From: an uncultured Bacteroides sp.
GTDB lineage: Bacteria > Bacteroidota > Bacteroidia > Bacteroidales > Bacteroidaceae
Direction: 5' to 3'
NCBI GenBank assembly: GCA_900555635.1
Contig: USLU01000022.1
Span: forward strand, 237-64,236
Length of the DNA: 64,000 nt
Of the stretch, positions 43,238 to 52,157 are shown in pieces. A program made the translations under genes and the position numbers. The notes under the pieces were generated by a model that worked only from the letters and a program-made list of their open reading frames with translations, searched no databases and was not told the DNA's origin. Position 1 is the first letter of the stretch, and every line of letters starts with the position of its first letter.

Positions 43238-43315
43238 TCAACTGTTTATATTCATTATTTCACTCTCTTTCTTTCTCTTTTTCCACAACTGCCAGCTGTT
43301 AATTATGTTTTGCCA
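43238..43315 (-). pseudogene. Displaced original 3' end of the transporter gene (attB remnant)
   Basis: Reads WQNIINSWQLWKKRKKESEIMNINS* on the minus strand; its first 15 residues are identical to the C-terminus of the 53530-54486 product. Confidence 0.85.
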
Positions 43316-43381
43316 CATATTATATATTAATCAGTATATTAATTTGATTATCAACAAATAAGCCCACCTATTACTAATAGT

Positions 43382-43403
43382 GGGTAACAAAATAGTAACA
43401 AAA
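43382..43403 (+). repeat. Integrase arm-type tandem site (left)
   Basis: gggtaacaaaatagtaacaaaa, identical to 53416-53437. Confidence 0.8.
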
Positions 43404-43439
43404 AAAACGAAGAAATCGCTTTGCGGTGGGCTTCATGTG

Positions 43440-43470
43440 CAAAGGTAACAAAAGGCAGAATATCCGCAAA
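43440..43470 (-). promoter_or_regulatory. Outward-facing consensus Bacteroides promoter at the element's left end
   Basis: TTTG (43467-43470), 19-nt spacer, TACCTTTG (43440-43447) on the minus strand. Confidence 0.6.
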
Positions 43471-43476
43471 AATAAA

Positions 43477-43515
43477 GCTGGCGAAAAGAGAAACAATCTT
43501 TTTCTTTTCGCCAGC
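43477..43515 (-). terminator. Intrinsic terminator after the GNAT gene
   Basis: gctggcgaaaaga / tcttttcgccagc, followed by TTTATTTTT on the minus strand. Confidence 0.75.
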
Positions 43516-43583
43516 ACCTATCTTGCTGTCGGTACAAATAAGTTTAGTCCGTTTTGGATATATAGACAAAGGAACGTACTAAA

Positions 43584-44384
43584 CTAATCTGTAACCTTTT
43601 TATTATAATACTCCAAAAATGCCACTTCGCCTATTTCACTTAACTGTTTCTGATTCTCAATAAAATTCTGTCCATACTTTAGCCAACGCTTGGTAAAACC
43701 TTTGAATTTGGTACATGGAAAGCTGCTGCATTGGAAACAATGTGTTATCTCTTTCTCCAAACAGCATAAATGAAATGTTTTGCATTTTTCACAGCGAGAA
43801 CTATTTAGCTCGGCTCCTTTGCAAGATCTTTTTTCTCTCGTATATGTGGGACACCCCCCACAAAAAACACCACAAGCAGGAATACGACCATTATAAGGCT
43901 TGACTTTAGTTATTCCCTTTGCCATCCAAAAATTAGTAAGAGAAAGCTGATTCGCTTTGCGCTTTTGTTCTTCCTCTACTATATAGCCTCTTTTTTCAAA
44001 GAAAGGACGGGCTGTTAAGCTCACTTCAGACGTAATCCGCATAATCCCGGATGTAATTGCATACCGTTCTATTTCTTCCAAAAGCATCGTAGCAATACCT
44101 TTACCTTGAAAGTCCTTGTGAATAAACATAGAATGTAAATAGCCTTGGGGCGTAATAGATGAAAAACCAACGATTTGCGAGCATTGATTAACAGCTACAA
44201 TAAAATAGTGAGTCTTTATCATATCTTCTATTTTAGAGAGATTATCTCCGCACGATGCCCAGTCTTCAACTTCGGATTGTGAATAATCACGTCTGTTTAT
44301 CACAAGAACAGTATTTTGAAATAACTCTTTCAGCGCAACAGCATCCGACTGCTGAGCTTCCCTGATTGTAAAGTCCTCCTTCAT
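43584..44384 (-). CDS. GNAT acetyltransferase fused to a Cys-rich (DUF3795-like) domain
   Basis: MFIHKDFQGKGIA, SLTARPFFEKRGY; C-terminal CGVFCGGC...CEKC...CC....HCFQCSSFPC. Confidence 0.8.
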   Translation of the reverse strand: MKEDFTIREAQQSDAVALKELFQNTVLVINRRDYSQSEVEDWASCGDNLSKIEDMIKTHYFIVAVNQCSQIVGFSSITPQGYLHSMFIHKDFQGKGIATMLLEEIERYAITSGIMRITSEVSLTARPFFEKRGYIVEEEQKRKANQLSLTNFWMAKGITKVKPYNGRIPACGVFCGGCPTYTREKRSCKGAELNSSRCEKCKTFHLCCLEKEITHCFQCSSFPCTKFKGFTKRWLKYGQNFIENQKQLSEIGEVAFLEYYNKKVTD

Positions 44385-44415
44385 ATCTATTATATTAAAT
44401 TCTTTCCAGTCTTTT

Positions 44416-45213
44416 TTATTTTGTAGCTATTATAGAATAGATCATCGGAATATTATTACTTAAATGCTTTATCCTATATTTGTTAGGTTCACATTCAACT
44501 GTTTGGGAAAAACAATTATAGGGTGAATAATCAAATTCATCAAAAGATGATATTGTGAGCCCACTTTGTATAAGGTTATTTATAACCTCACTCAAACTAT
44601 GATTCCACATCACACATTCTAGTAACAAATCTTTTTCCCCGTCCGTATAGGTTCCATCTTGAATTTCTCTAATTGCACCGGAGTTAAAGTAGTTATATTC
44701 AATTCTTTTAAAGTTCTCATCAAACATGCACACAATCGGATGAAACTCCACAAATATAAACTTTCCATTTGGTTTTAGATAATTTGAAATAATCTCAGCC
44801 CACTTATTCATATCAGGCAACCAGCCAATCACTCCATAGCTTGTAAATACAATGTCGAATTGTTCATTCAAATAAGCAGGCAAATCATAAATATCACAGC
44901 AGATAAAAGTTGCATTAACATTTGCTTTCTTGGCTAATATTTTTGCATTATCAATCGCTTTATCCGATAAATCAACACCTGTAACATTTGCACCAAGTCT
45001 GCCCAACGAAATAGTATCTTGCCCGAAATGGCATTGTAAATGTAGAATAGATTTACCCTTTATATCTCCAAGTAAATCAAGTTCTATATCATTGAGAGAT
45101 GATTCCCCTTTCAAAAAGCCTTTGACATCGTAAAAGTCAGATTTCAGATGCACATCTACCCTACTGTTCCAAGACTTCCGGTTTATTTCTAAATAATCAA
45201 AATCCGCATTCAT
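44416..45213 (-). CDS. Class I SAM-dependent methyltransferase
   Basis: ILHLQCHFGQD, VTGVDLS, FDIVFTSYG, LKPNGKF; -7 box TATATTTG at 45240-45247. Confidence 0.85.
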   Translation of the reverse strand: MNADFDYLEINRKSWNSRVDVHLKSDFYDVKGFLKGESSLNDIELDLLGDIKGKSILHLQCHFGQDTISLGRLGANVTGVDLSDKAIDNAKILAKKANVNATFICCDIYDLPAYLNEQFDIVFTSYGVIGWLPDMNKWAEIISNYLKPNGKFIFVEFHPIVCMFDENFKRIEYNYFNSGAIREIQDGTYTDGEKDLLLECVMWNHSLSEVINNLIQSGLTISSFDEFDYSPYNCFSQTVECEPNKYRIKHLSNNIPMIYSIIATK

Positions 45214-45315
45214 TCTTTTAATATTAAATGGATTATGTGCAAATATAGCAAAAGGTACAGTATATCATTCATTGTGAATTGCACTTTTTACTGTATTTCA
45301 GCAAAATACCTCTCT

Positions 45316-46674
45316 TTACAGGCTAAAACCTTTGCTCCTTTTCTGCCCCTCTTTCGGTTGTATCCTTTGATAGAGTTTGCTAAACTGCTCCCTGAACCAA
45401 TCGGATACATTTTTTTGATTGATGATTAGCATTAATTTGTTCTTTCCAACAGTTGAATCTGTTACTATTTGTGCAGTCACCTTATCCGTTGCGAAATTCC
45501 GTTTGTACTCTTCGGAATAGAGTGTGCCGTTATGCTCTATCTTTTCCCCTAACATCAGTTTTGCTGTTTGTTCAGTTGAGAAACCGACAATATGACATAG
45601 CCTTTCCATTCGGAAAAGTTCTTTTAGTAGTGGAAGCCACGCACAAGCCTTTTTAATCATCTGTGACAGCCGTGATATCTCCTTTCGGGCTTCGTCTAGT
45701 TCCTTGATATGCTTACCCTGCGCTTTCATCAATTCCCTGCTGTGCTGTTCCCGTTGCTCTTGCATCATAATTTGCAATCTTTCGATGATTTCGTCACGAG
45801 TGGCAACTTCCTCATATAACTGCCTGTTCTCCTGTTTCAACTCCTTAATTTCACCACTCCCTAAAAAAGAACCCACCTTTGCTATAATGGCGGTTTTCGC
45901 TTCGGTCTTAACGGCTTCCAGCTTGTCGGTCTTGATTTCTTTCTTAACCTGCTTTAGCTGTTTTTCCGCTTCGTCCTTCTCACTTTGGAGTTGCTGCACG
46001 TCTGTTTCGAGTTCTCCCGTCTGCCGTTTCAAATCACGGTAATATTGGGCAGTGGTGACGTGCCTTGCTTCCGAACCACGCACACCACGCTGCAACCCGT
46101 ATTTATCCATGATTTTGGCGTAGTCGTCATGGTAGCCTATCAACTTGTCACGGTTCAATACATCATCAGCACATAGCCGGGCTGCATTCGTTTTCTTTCG
46201 GTAGGAACGCTTACCCTCCGTTTGCTTCTGTTTTGCTTTCCTGCGCTCTCCCGTTACTATCGGTACGATGGTAGCGTGTATGTGAGGTGTGGTTTCGTCC
46301 ATGTGCAGAACTGCTGAAACGGTATTCTCCCGTCCGAAAGTCTTGTGCAACCATTCCATACTGTCGTTACACCATTCGTCCATACGCCCGTCTTGCTGTA
46401 TCTTCATCATATCCTCGTGTGTTCCCGACATCATAACACGGATAGCCCTTACTTGGTCGGGGGTAATCTTCCGTTTGATGCCTGCCGACTTGATACGATG
46501 TGCTATCGCTTCATCACGTACCGTCACACCTTCGGGAAGTCCCACCAGTTCCCGATTGAGATGTGTACGTGTAGGATCCACATTCGGAGCTATCACCCTG
46601 CGCTCGATATGGTCGGACATACGAGCGTCGGATGCTCCCTTTGCTTTCTTGAAATCAAGGGTGAAATATCCCAT
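45316..46674 (-). CDS. MobV (Mob/Pre) relaxase
   Basis: MGY...HIER...N.D..RTHLN, HMDETTPHIH (HUH), coiled-coil C-half; start MGYF at 46674. Confidence 0.92.
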   Translation of the reverse strand: MGYFTLDFKKAKGASDARMSDHIERRVIAPNVDPTRTHLNRELVGLPEGVTVRDEAIAHRIKSAGIKRKITPDQVRAIRVMMSGTHEDMMKIQQDGRMDEWCNDSMEWLHKTFGRENTVSAVLHMDETTPHIHATIVPIVTGERRKAKQKQTEGKRSYRKKTNAARLCADDVLNRDKLIGYHDDYAKIMDKYGLQRGVRGSEARHVTTAQYYRDLKRQTGELETDVQQLQSEKDEAEKQLKQVKKEIKTDKLEAVKTEAKTAIIAKVGSFLGSGEIKELKQENRQLYEEVATRDEIIERLQIMMQEQREQHSRELMKAQGKHIKELDEARKEISRLSQMIKKACAWLPLLKELFRMERLCHIVGFSTEQTAKLMLGEKIEHNGTLYSEEYKRNFATDKVTAQIVTDSTVGKNKLMLIINQKNVSDWFREQFSKLYQRIQPKEGQKRSKGFSL

Positions 46675-46745
46675 ATTGAATATTGGTTTTTCGTTAGACA
46701 ATTCCGCTTGCCTTACACATTCGCCGCATGGCTCACGGGGTTTCA

Positions 46746-46846
46746 AAAGGGGCGATGCCCCTTTGCTCGATAGGGTGTTTTTAGCGGTGCTTGCACTGCG
46801 TGAAGAAAACGCCCTATTAAGCTATGGCTTTTCTTACTCAAAAGCC
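46746..46846. other. Putative oriT region (three inverted repeats upstream of the relaxase)
   Basis: aaaggggc/gccccttt (46746-46764), atagggtgtttt/aaaacgccctat (46770-46817), ggctttt/aaaagcc (46826-46846); primase-oriT-mob order as in NBU-type elements. Confidence 0.6.
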
Positions 46847-46865
46847 TGTGGAAAGCGTGCGGTAA

Positions 46866-47852
46866 CTACATTCTGAACCCTCTGCTTTTCTTTTTGGCTG
46901 GTTGTTGTTCCTGCCTGTCGGCTTGTTTGACTGTCTGTGATTGTTTGGTCTGCTGTGTCAAGTCTGCCGACTGTATCAACCGTTTTCCACACAAATAATC
47001 ATTCAAATCTTTATAGCCACTATAAATGCGTGAGGAATCACGGACACGGAAACTGTACTCTTTATAAAGTTCCTGTACGGCTCTTCTCCCTGCCGTATCA
47101 TTGTCGAAAAAACAATGTATTTTCTCATAATTCCCCAACGGGTACAAGGCTTTGGAAAGATTGGAAACGGAGTTCAGAATAAGATAGTCCTGCTTGTCGA
47201 AGTCGGGATAATCAGGACAATTTTTCTGTCGCAAGGTCAGAAAAGAAAGATAGTCCATAAACCCCTCGAACACATAGCAGGTTTCTTTAGGTTCTCCAGT
47301 CTGCCGTATATGGGTGATGTCTTTAGGAGCTATGCAGCCTTTAAAATATTTATTGCGTACCTCATAACCTCCCGATGCATTAGGAAAGCCGATGGCAAAG
47401 TTCCATTTACCGTTAAGCGAGAAACGGACTTCCATACATTCTTTTTTCGCAAGTGCTGTATTTATGCCTCTATCCTGCAAGTATGCAAACAAGGCAGGAG
47501 AAGAAAGCGGTACTGTTTCCAAATGTTGGAAACTCGGTTGTGTTGATGACTGCTGGCAAAAGGAAAAAGAAACGGGACGGATAGAGGGGCTTTGCTCCGC
47601 TATACGGTCTAAAAGGTAAGGTAAACTGTCGGATGCATAAAGTTCCTGTGCCAATGCAAGGATGTTGCCGCCTTTACCGGCTCCAAAGTCGTACCATAAA
47701 TTGCGGTCTGTGTTCACTTTGAAAGAAGGCTCTTGTTCCTCTCTCAACGGTGATTTATACCAAAGACTATTACCCTGTTGCTTTATTGGATTATAGCCTA
47801 AACTGTGCAGATAGTCTGCCAACTTTATATTTTTGGATTCTTCGATTGTCAT
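46866..47852 (-). CDS. DNA primase (CHC2-like N-domain plus Toprim)
   Basis: SPLREEQEPSFKV...WYDFGAGKGGNI, VFEGFMDYLS, FFDNDTAG, YKDLNDYL. Confidence 0.88.
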   Translation of the reverse strand: MTIEESKNIKLADYLHSLGYNPIKQQGNSLWYKSPLREEQEPSFKVNTDRNLWYDFGAGKGGNILALAQELYASDSLPYLLDRIAEQSPSIRPVSFSFCQQSSTQPSFQHLETVPLSSPALFAYLQDRGINTALAKKECMEVRFSLNGKWNFAIGFPNASGGYEVRNKYFKGCIAPKDITHIRQTGEPKETCYVFEGFMDYLSFLTLRQKNCPDYPDFDKQDYLILNSVSNLSKALYPLGNYEKIHCFFDNDTAGRRAVQELYKEYSFRVRDSSRIYSGYKDLNDYLCGKRLIQSADLTQQTKQSQTVKQADRQEQQPAKKKSRGFRM

Positions 47853-48007
47853 AATCTGAATGTATTGGTGAATGAATAATTGAATCAGTTCCGTTTAGTC
47901 CGCTATATATACACCCGAACTGTACTAAACTTATCTTGTACTTAATCGTACAATGAAAAGAAGTCCATTCCTTCTTTATATACACACGGACTAAACCAAA
48001 CTTGCTT

Positions 48008-49081
48008 TTAGTAGTGGAAATCAGAATTGAACTTGTAGCCTTTTCCCTCTTTTATTATCATGCGCTTGTTTACAAGGAATTTGTTCAAGTCCACGAGAAT
48101 ATTGCGCCCACGTTCAAAACCGATACTTGCGTAACCTTTTTTCAAGGCTGCGATAACATTGGGATAGCCTTGTACTACATCCTTTCCAAATCCGTTTTCC
48201 AACGCTTCACGGTGCTGTTGCTCCGTAAGTTCCGTAAGCGGAAAGTTGCGGTTCTGCTTGGGTTGTTCAAAAACATAGTCTTTCACAACTTCGGGCAATG
48301 CAGTTTCATTAATGCGAAATGCAAACGGTTCAAAGTCCTTGTCCCGAATGTGCATCGCCTTTACCTCGCTAATATCCACATCCTGCGTGCTTTTGGTTAT
48401 CTGTAAAACGGTTTCAGCCTTGTTGTTAAGTTCCGTTCCTATATGCCCACGTGTATTATCATCCCCTTTATTCAAGTGTAGTACAGTGTGAATATGCAAA
48501 TTATACTCACTTGACCACCGCATTAAAAGATTGATGAGGTCGGATGATTCGCTGGGGCTATTGATGTCGTACATCAAATCACGGATGCCGTCTATAATGA
48601 CAAGACCAATTCCCTCCATATTAGCAAGCATATAGTCTATTATCTGCTTTCGCTTGTCGGGTGTGTATTCCCTCAACACGACAAAGATAAAGTCCTCTCT
48701 ATCCTTATCGGTAGGAAGTCCAGCCAAACGCATGATGCGTTCCATCACCTTATGGCAGTGGTATTTGCTCTGCTCTGTGTCCACATATAGAATTTTACGT
48801 TTATTGTCAGGTAAGTATGCTGAATAGTGCAAAACTTCGTCATTCTTCAACGCTGCCGCCACAATAGCGGAAATATTGAACGTCTTTTTACTTTTGGCTT
48901 TACCTGTGGATGCGCTAAAATTTCCCAATGTACCGATAGTAGAACCATTTACCCAAAGGATTTCGGGCGGTACATCGTAGGTGTCAGTAATCTTTAAATG
49001 AATAGTTTTCCATAGGACTGCAAAATCTTCTCTTGTCATTGCAGCTTCTTTCTTATTTTCCGTCACTTTCTTGTTTTCCAT
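48008..49081 (-). CDS. AAA_25/RecA-like ATPase (putative helicase of the element)
   Basis: Variant Walker A GKAKSKKT, YVDTEQ, Walker B VIIDG, VLHLNK, RGHIG. Confidence 0.8.
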   Translation of the reverse strand: MENKKVTENKKEAAMTREDFAVLWKTIHLKITDTYDVPPEILWVNGSTIGTLGNFSASTGKAKSKKTFNISAIVAAALKNDEVLHYSAYLPDNKRKILYVDTEQSKYHCHKVMERIMRLAGLPTDKDREDFIFVVLREYTPDKRKQIIDYMLANMEGIGLVIIDGIRDLMYDINSPSESSDLINLLMRWSSEYNLHIHTVLHLNKGDDNTRGHIGTELNNKAETVLQITKSTQDVDISEVKAMHIRDKDFEPFAFRINETALPEVVKDYVFEQPKQNRNFPLTELTEQQHREALENGFGKDVVQGYPNVIAALKKGYASIGFERGRNILVDLNKFLVNKRMIIKEGKGYKFNSDFHY

Positions 49082-49085
49082 AGCT

Positions 49086-49379
49086 TTACTTCTTTAAAGG
49101 ACGGTTACTACTAAGGATATACTTCTGCGCTTCCTGCTCTATCTGCGCCTGTGTCTTGATGGGATTTTGGCGTAGCCATGCCTCCAAATCTGCCCGTTCA
49201 AAAAACAGCATCTTACCCTGCGGTTTATAATGGGGTATCAAGTTACCCGAAGTCAGTTTGTACAGGTAGCTTTTGGAAAGATTAAGAAACTTGCTCGCTT
49301 CATCAAAGCTAAGCACATTCTTAGTTAAAAACAGCATCTGTTCGAGTTCCTCAACTCGCATCTCTAATGTCTTATCCAT
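49086..49379 (-). CDS. HTH_17 excisionase-like DNA-binding protein
   Basis: LSFDEASKFLNLSKSYLYKLT...IPHYKPQGKMLFFER.DL..W; -7 box TACCTTTG at 49448-49455. Confidence 0.85.
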   Translation of the reverse strand: MDKTLEMRVEELEQMLFLTKNVLSFDEASKFLNLSKSYLYKLTSGNLIPHYKPQGKMLFFERADLEAWLRQNPIKTQAQIEQEAQKYILSSNRPLKK

Positions 49380-49508
49380 ATTGCTTTTTTGGATTAAGTG
49401 AAACAATATGAAGGTGCGCACCCTCGTTTTCTTTTCGTTAACGAGGGCAAAGGTATTGAGGATTAGCTTGATAGTGGATTAAGCTATGTTTGAGGTCTTA
49501 ACCTATTC

Positions 49509-50438
49509 TTAAAGTCTTTTCAGTTGTTTGATATAGTTGTATATGGTTGCAAATCCTTTCTCATGGGAGATGCCTTTCACGTAGTTGGTTGCTGTGGCTA
49601 AATCCCCTTGATTGAGATATTTATCCCTACTTTTGTCTTTGGAAAGAAATAGTTTATTGTTAGCAATGACCGATTGCCAATTAGCGGTAATCAAAGACCT
49701 ACTACTTAATTCCGAAAAAAGGAAAGCTACATATCTATTATTATTTGACCTTAATATTGCATTAGGCTTACAGGAGAGTATCGCTTTCAAGTCATCAACA
49801 GTTACAGAAGCATTGAACATCTTAACCTCATTGATGCAATCCGCAATCAATTCTATCTGTTTGTCATTAAGAATTGAACCAAACGGATTTTCCGTTTCAG
49901 CAATAGGGGGTACGGCTTTTATCGGAAACTCGGTGTTTGTTGTCGGCTTCTGTTCTTCCTGTTCCTGCTTCGGTTGCGTTTCCGTCTGCGCTCTGTCCTC
50001 TTTCTTTTTTCGCAAGTATGCTGAATATCTTTCCAATACAACAACTCTAACTACTACGGAAAAATAAGGCAGTTCTTCATCATAAACTGAATTGTCCTGT
50101 TCGTATCGGGAATAATTAAATGAAAGAGGAGAGAATAAAAGGTATTTTCTTTTTTCATCGGGCATCAAGGCTTCATAAAAACCGCTTTCCCAAAAGAAAT
50201 CGGGTATCGAGTAAAAATTTTGAATATCATCCAGTACGGAATAACGGATATAAAGTTGTGCCAATTCATCTGTGGTACGAATGTACTCCTGCTGTTCCAG
50301 TTCATCAGCCTGTTCACGGTTCAAATATTCAGACTTCGCAACAATGCTATCCGTTATAATTTGATAGGCATGATTTATACAACGGTTAAAGATCCCTTGT
50401 ATATAGTTGAATTTTACTTTCAATTCCTCTTCTGTCAT
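49509..50438 (-). CDS. Hypothetical protein of the element backbone (two domains joined by a Q/E/T-rich linker)
   Basis: Long ORF, likely start MTEEEL at 50438; directly upstream of the excisionase. Confidence 0.65.
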   Translation of the reverse strand: MTEEELKVKFNYIQGIFNRCINHAYQIITDSIVAKSEYLNREQADELEQQEYIRTTDELAQLYIRYSVLDDIQNFYSIPDFFWESGFYEALMPDEKRKYLLFSPLSFNYSRYEQDNSVYDEELPYFSVVVRVVVLERYSAYLRKKKEDRAQTETQPKQEQEEQKPTTNTEFPIKAVPPIAETENPFGSILNDKQIELIADCINEVKMFNASVTVDDLKAILSCKPNAILRSNNNRYVAFLFSELSSRSLITANWQSVIANNKLFLSKDKSRDKYLNQGDLATATNYVKGISHEKGFATIYNYIKQLKRL

Positions 50439-50662
50439 AATTTTCTCAATAAGATATTGTGTACCTTCACACAATTCAGAACAACACAGAAATTAATATA
50501 TCAAGAAATCAAATTAACTAACATACAACCCCATCCATAAAAGGCTTCATCCTTGCACTAACACGATACATTTTAAAAGTATTTTATCTACTTATATTCA
50601 ATAACCTTGACAAAACATCTTTTCTGATATGCTCAATAACAATAATTTCATCATTAGAATTC

Positions 50663-50717
50663 TATAAAAAATTCGTGCTATTTTTGAGTTATCAAAAAAC
50701 AACACGATTTTTTTATA
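50663..50717. terminator. Imperfect long hairpin downstream of the three-gene cassette
   Basis: tataaaaaattcgtgctatttttga / tcaaaaaacaacacgatttttttata. Confidence 0.55.
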
Positions 50718-50741
50718 AATAGAAAAAGCCAAGCAGTATAA

Positions 50742-51134
50742 TTACTGTTTTACAGTCACAACATATAGTGTTGATTCTTTTACCAACTCACCTATTTCAA
50801 GAGTTACAACATACTTACCAGCAGATGGAATTAACAGATTATTTACATTAAAAATCAAGTTAAGATTCCCCACCTCTGTTTGCAAATTACTATTATCAAT
50901 GTCCATATTAAATGGATTAACAAGATATGCATCTTCATTCTCTTTTTTTATAGAGATTTTCAACGTATGTTTACCCTTTTCCTGATTACCCATCACAATT
51001 CTAGCCACAATAGCTAACTCTGGGTGAGTAGCAGGAAATTGGATTGCAGAGATAGTATTGAAAGTACCAACAATAACTAACTTCCCTTGATATTCTTTTG
51101 CACTATCGCACAATGTGAAAATATCGACTATCAT
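50742..51134 (-). CDS. Hypothetical all-beta protein (resembles DUF6941 as I recall it)
   Basis: LCD...GKLVIVGTF motif, alternating beta-strand pattern, C-terminal GKYVVTLEIG; no signal peptide. Confidence 0.7.
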   Translation of the reverse strand: MIVDIFTLCDSAKEYQGKLVIVGTFNTISAIQFPATHPELAIVARIVMGNQEKGKHTLKISIKKENEDAYLVNPFNMDIDNSNLQTEVGNLNLIFNVNNLLIPSAGKYVVTLEIGELVKESTLYVVTVKQ

Positions 51135-51136
51135 AA

Positions 51137-51574
51137 TTATTTATTTAATTGTTTCCTATTATTACTATTCGCAGAAAGTCCAAGCAATTTGTTCAAATTC
51201 TGAAATGGATATTTGATTCTCCCAACAGTTCGCTTTTTAGTTGAGATGAGGCGACCTCCATGTGTAGAAGTTAAACCTTCTTGCTTTTCTACAGACAATT
51301 GACGTTTTACATCAACATATACAGTTATAGCGTCAGCTTTCAATTTGTCTCCAACTTCACCATGTATATTCAGTTCATCTCTTAATATTTTTTCTTCTTC
51401 AGAAAGTATCAAAGATTCCCTTACTTCTACACTGCTATTTCTGTCTAATTCATATACTAACATTTTTTTTTGAGTTATGGGATCTTCTCTTAAACCTTTA
51501 CAGTCCTCCCTACGTGTATAAATCTCACATTTCTGACCTTCCACAGTATCTCCTGTATCTATATATTCCGCCAT
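51137..51574 (-). CDS. Hypothetical protein (145 aa)
   Basis: Clean ORF with 2-nt gaps to both neighbours; basic C-terminal third. Confidence 0.7.
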   Translation of the reverse strand: MAEYIDTGDTVEGQKCEIYTRREDCKGLREDPITQKKMLVYELDRNSSVEVRESLILSEEEKILRDELNIHGEVGDKLKADAITVYVDVKRQLSVEKQEGLTSTHGGRLISTKKRTVGRIKYPFQNLNKLLGLSANSNNRKQLNK

Positions 51575-51576
51575 TC

Positions 51577-52014
51577 TTAATCGTTTTTCGCTATATATTT
51601 GTGAACAGATTTATCATTAAAAGAGAATAAAGCCATAAAATCATCTGTTGTCTCTACATTTTTGAGCTTAGGAGTAACTTGCAAGGCAAATTCAATTTCA
51701 GTCAAATCTGCATCAACTCCAGCAGGAACAACATAATCATCTTCATTTTTATCTATTTCTTCATCAAAATCATCATCAGAAATATCACCTCTCAGTAGAG
51801 AACTATATAATTTAAAATAGTTCCGTTCTCTTGTTCTATTATTTATTGCCCTAACATACAGGTCTTCAAGTCGATTATCCTGCCCTATTAACGTTCGAGT
51901 AAATGCACTTGTAGTAGCAGCACCAGCAAAAACTGTAATATCCTGTCTTACAATAGCAGTAGCAGTTATGCCATCTCCCTGTATGTATAATTGAGTATTT
52001 TTATCCATCTCCAT
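51577..52014 (-). CDS. Hypothetical protein (145 aa, acidic core)
   Basis: Clean ORF; -7 box TATATTTG at 52040-52047; GDISDDDFDEEIDKNEDDY segment. Confidence 0.7.
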   Translation of the reverse strand: MEMDKNTQLYIQGDGITATAIVRQDITVFAGAATTSAFTRTLIGQDNRLEDLYVRAINNRTRERNYFKLYSSLLRGDISDDDFDEEIDKNEDDYVVPAGVDADLTEIEFALQVTPKLKNVETTDDFMALFSFNDKSVHKYIAKND

Positions 52015-52157
52015 AACATTTAAGTATTATAGTCTGCTGCAAATATAATAATATTGCACACAAAAAGTTCAAAAAAAGACATCTTTTATAATGCAACATT
52101 TTTTTTTGAAGCAATTTAGCATACAAAACAGCAACAACACACATACTACTATTAAGA

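Noticed and set aside
43351..43569. 72-aa ORF at the element's left end (and the 62-aa ORF at 53437-53625)
   Set aside because: They run through a terminator, a promoter and arm/att sites; no protein-like features
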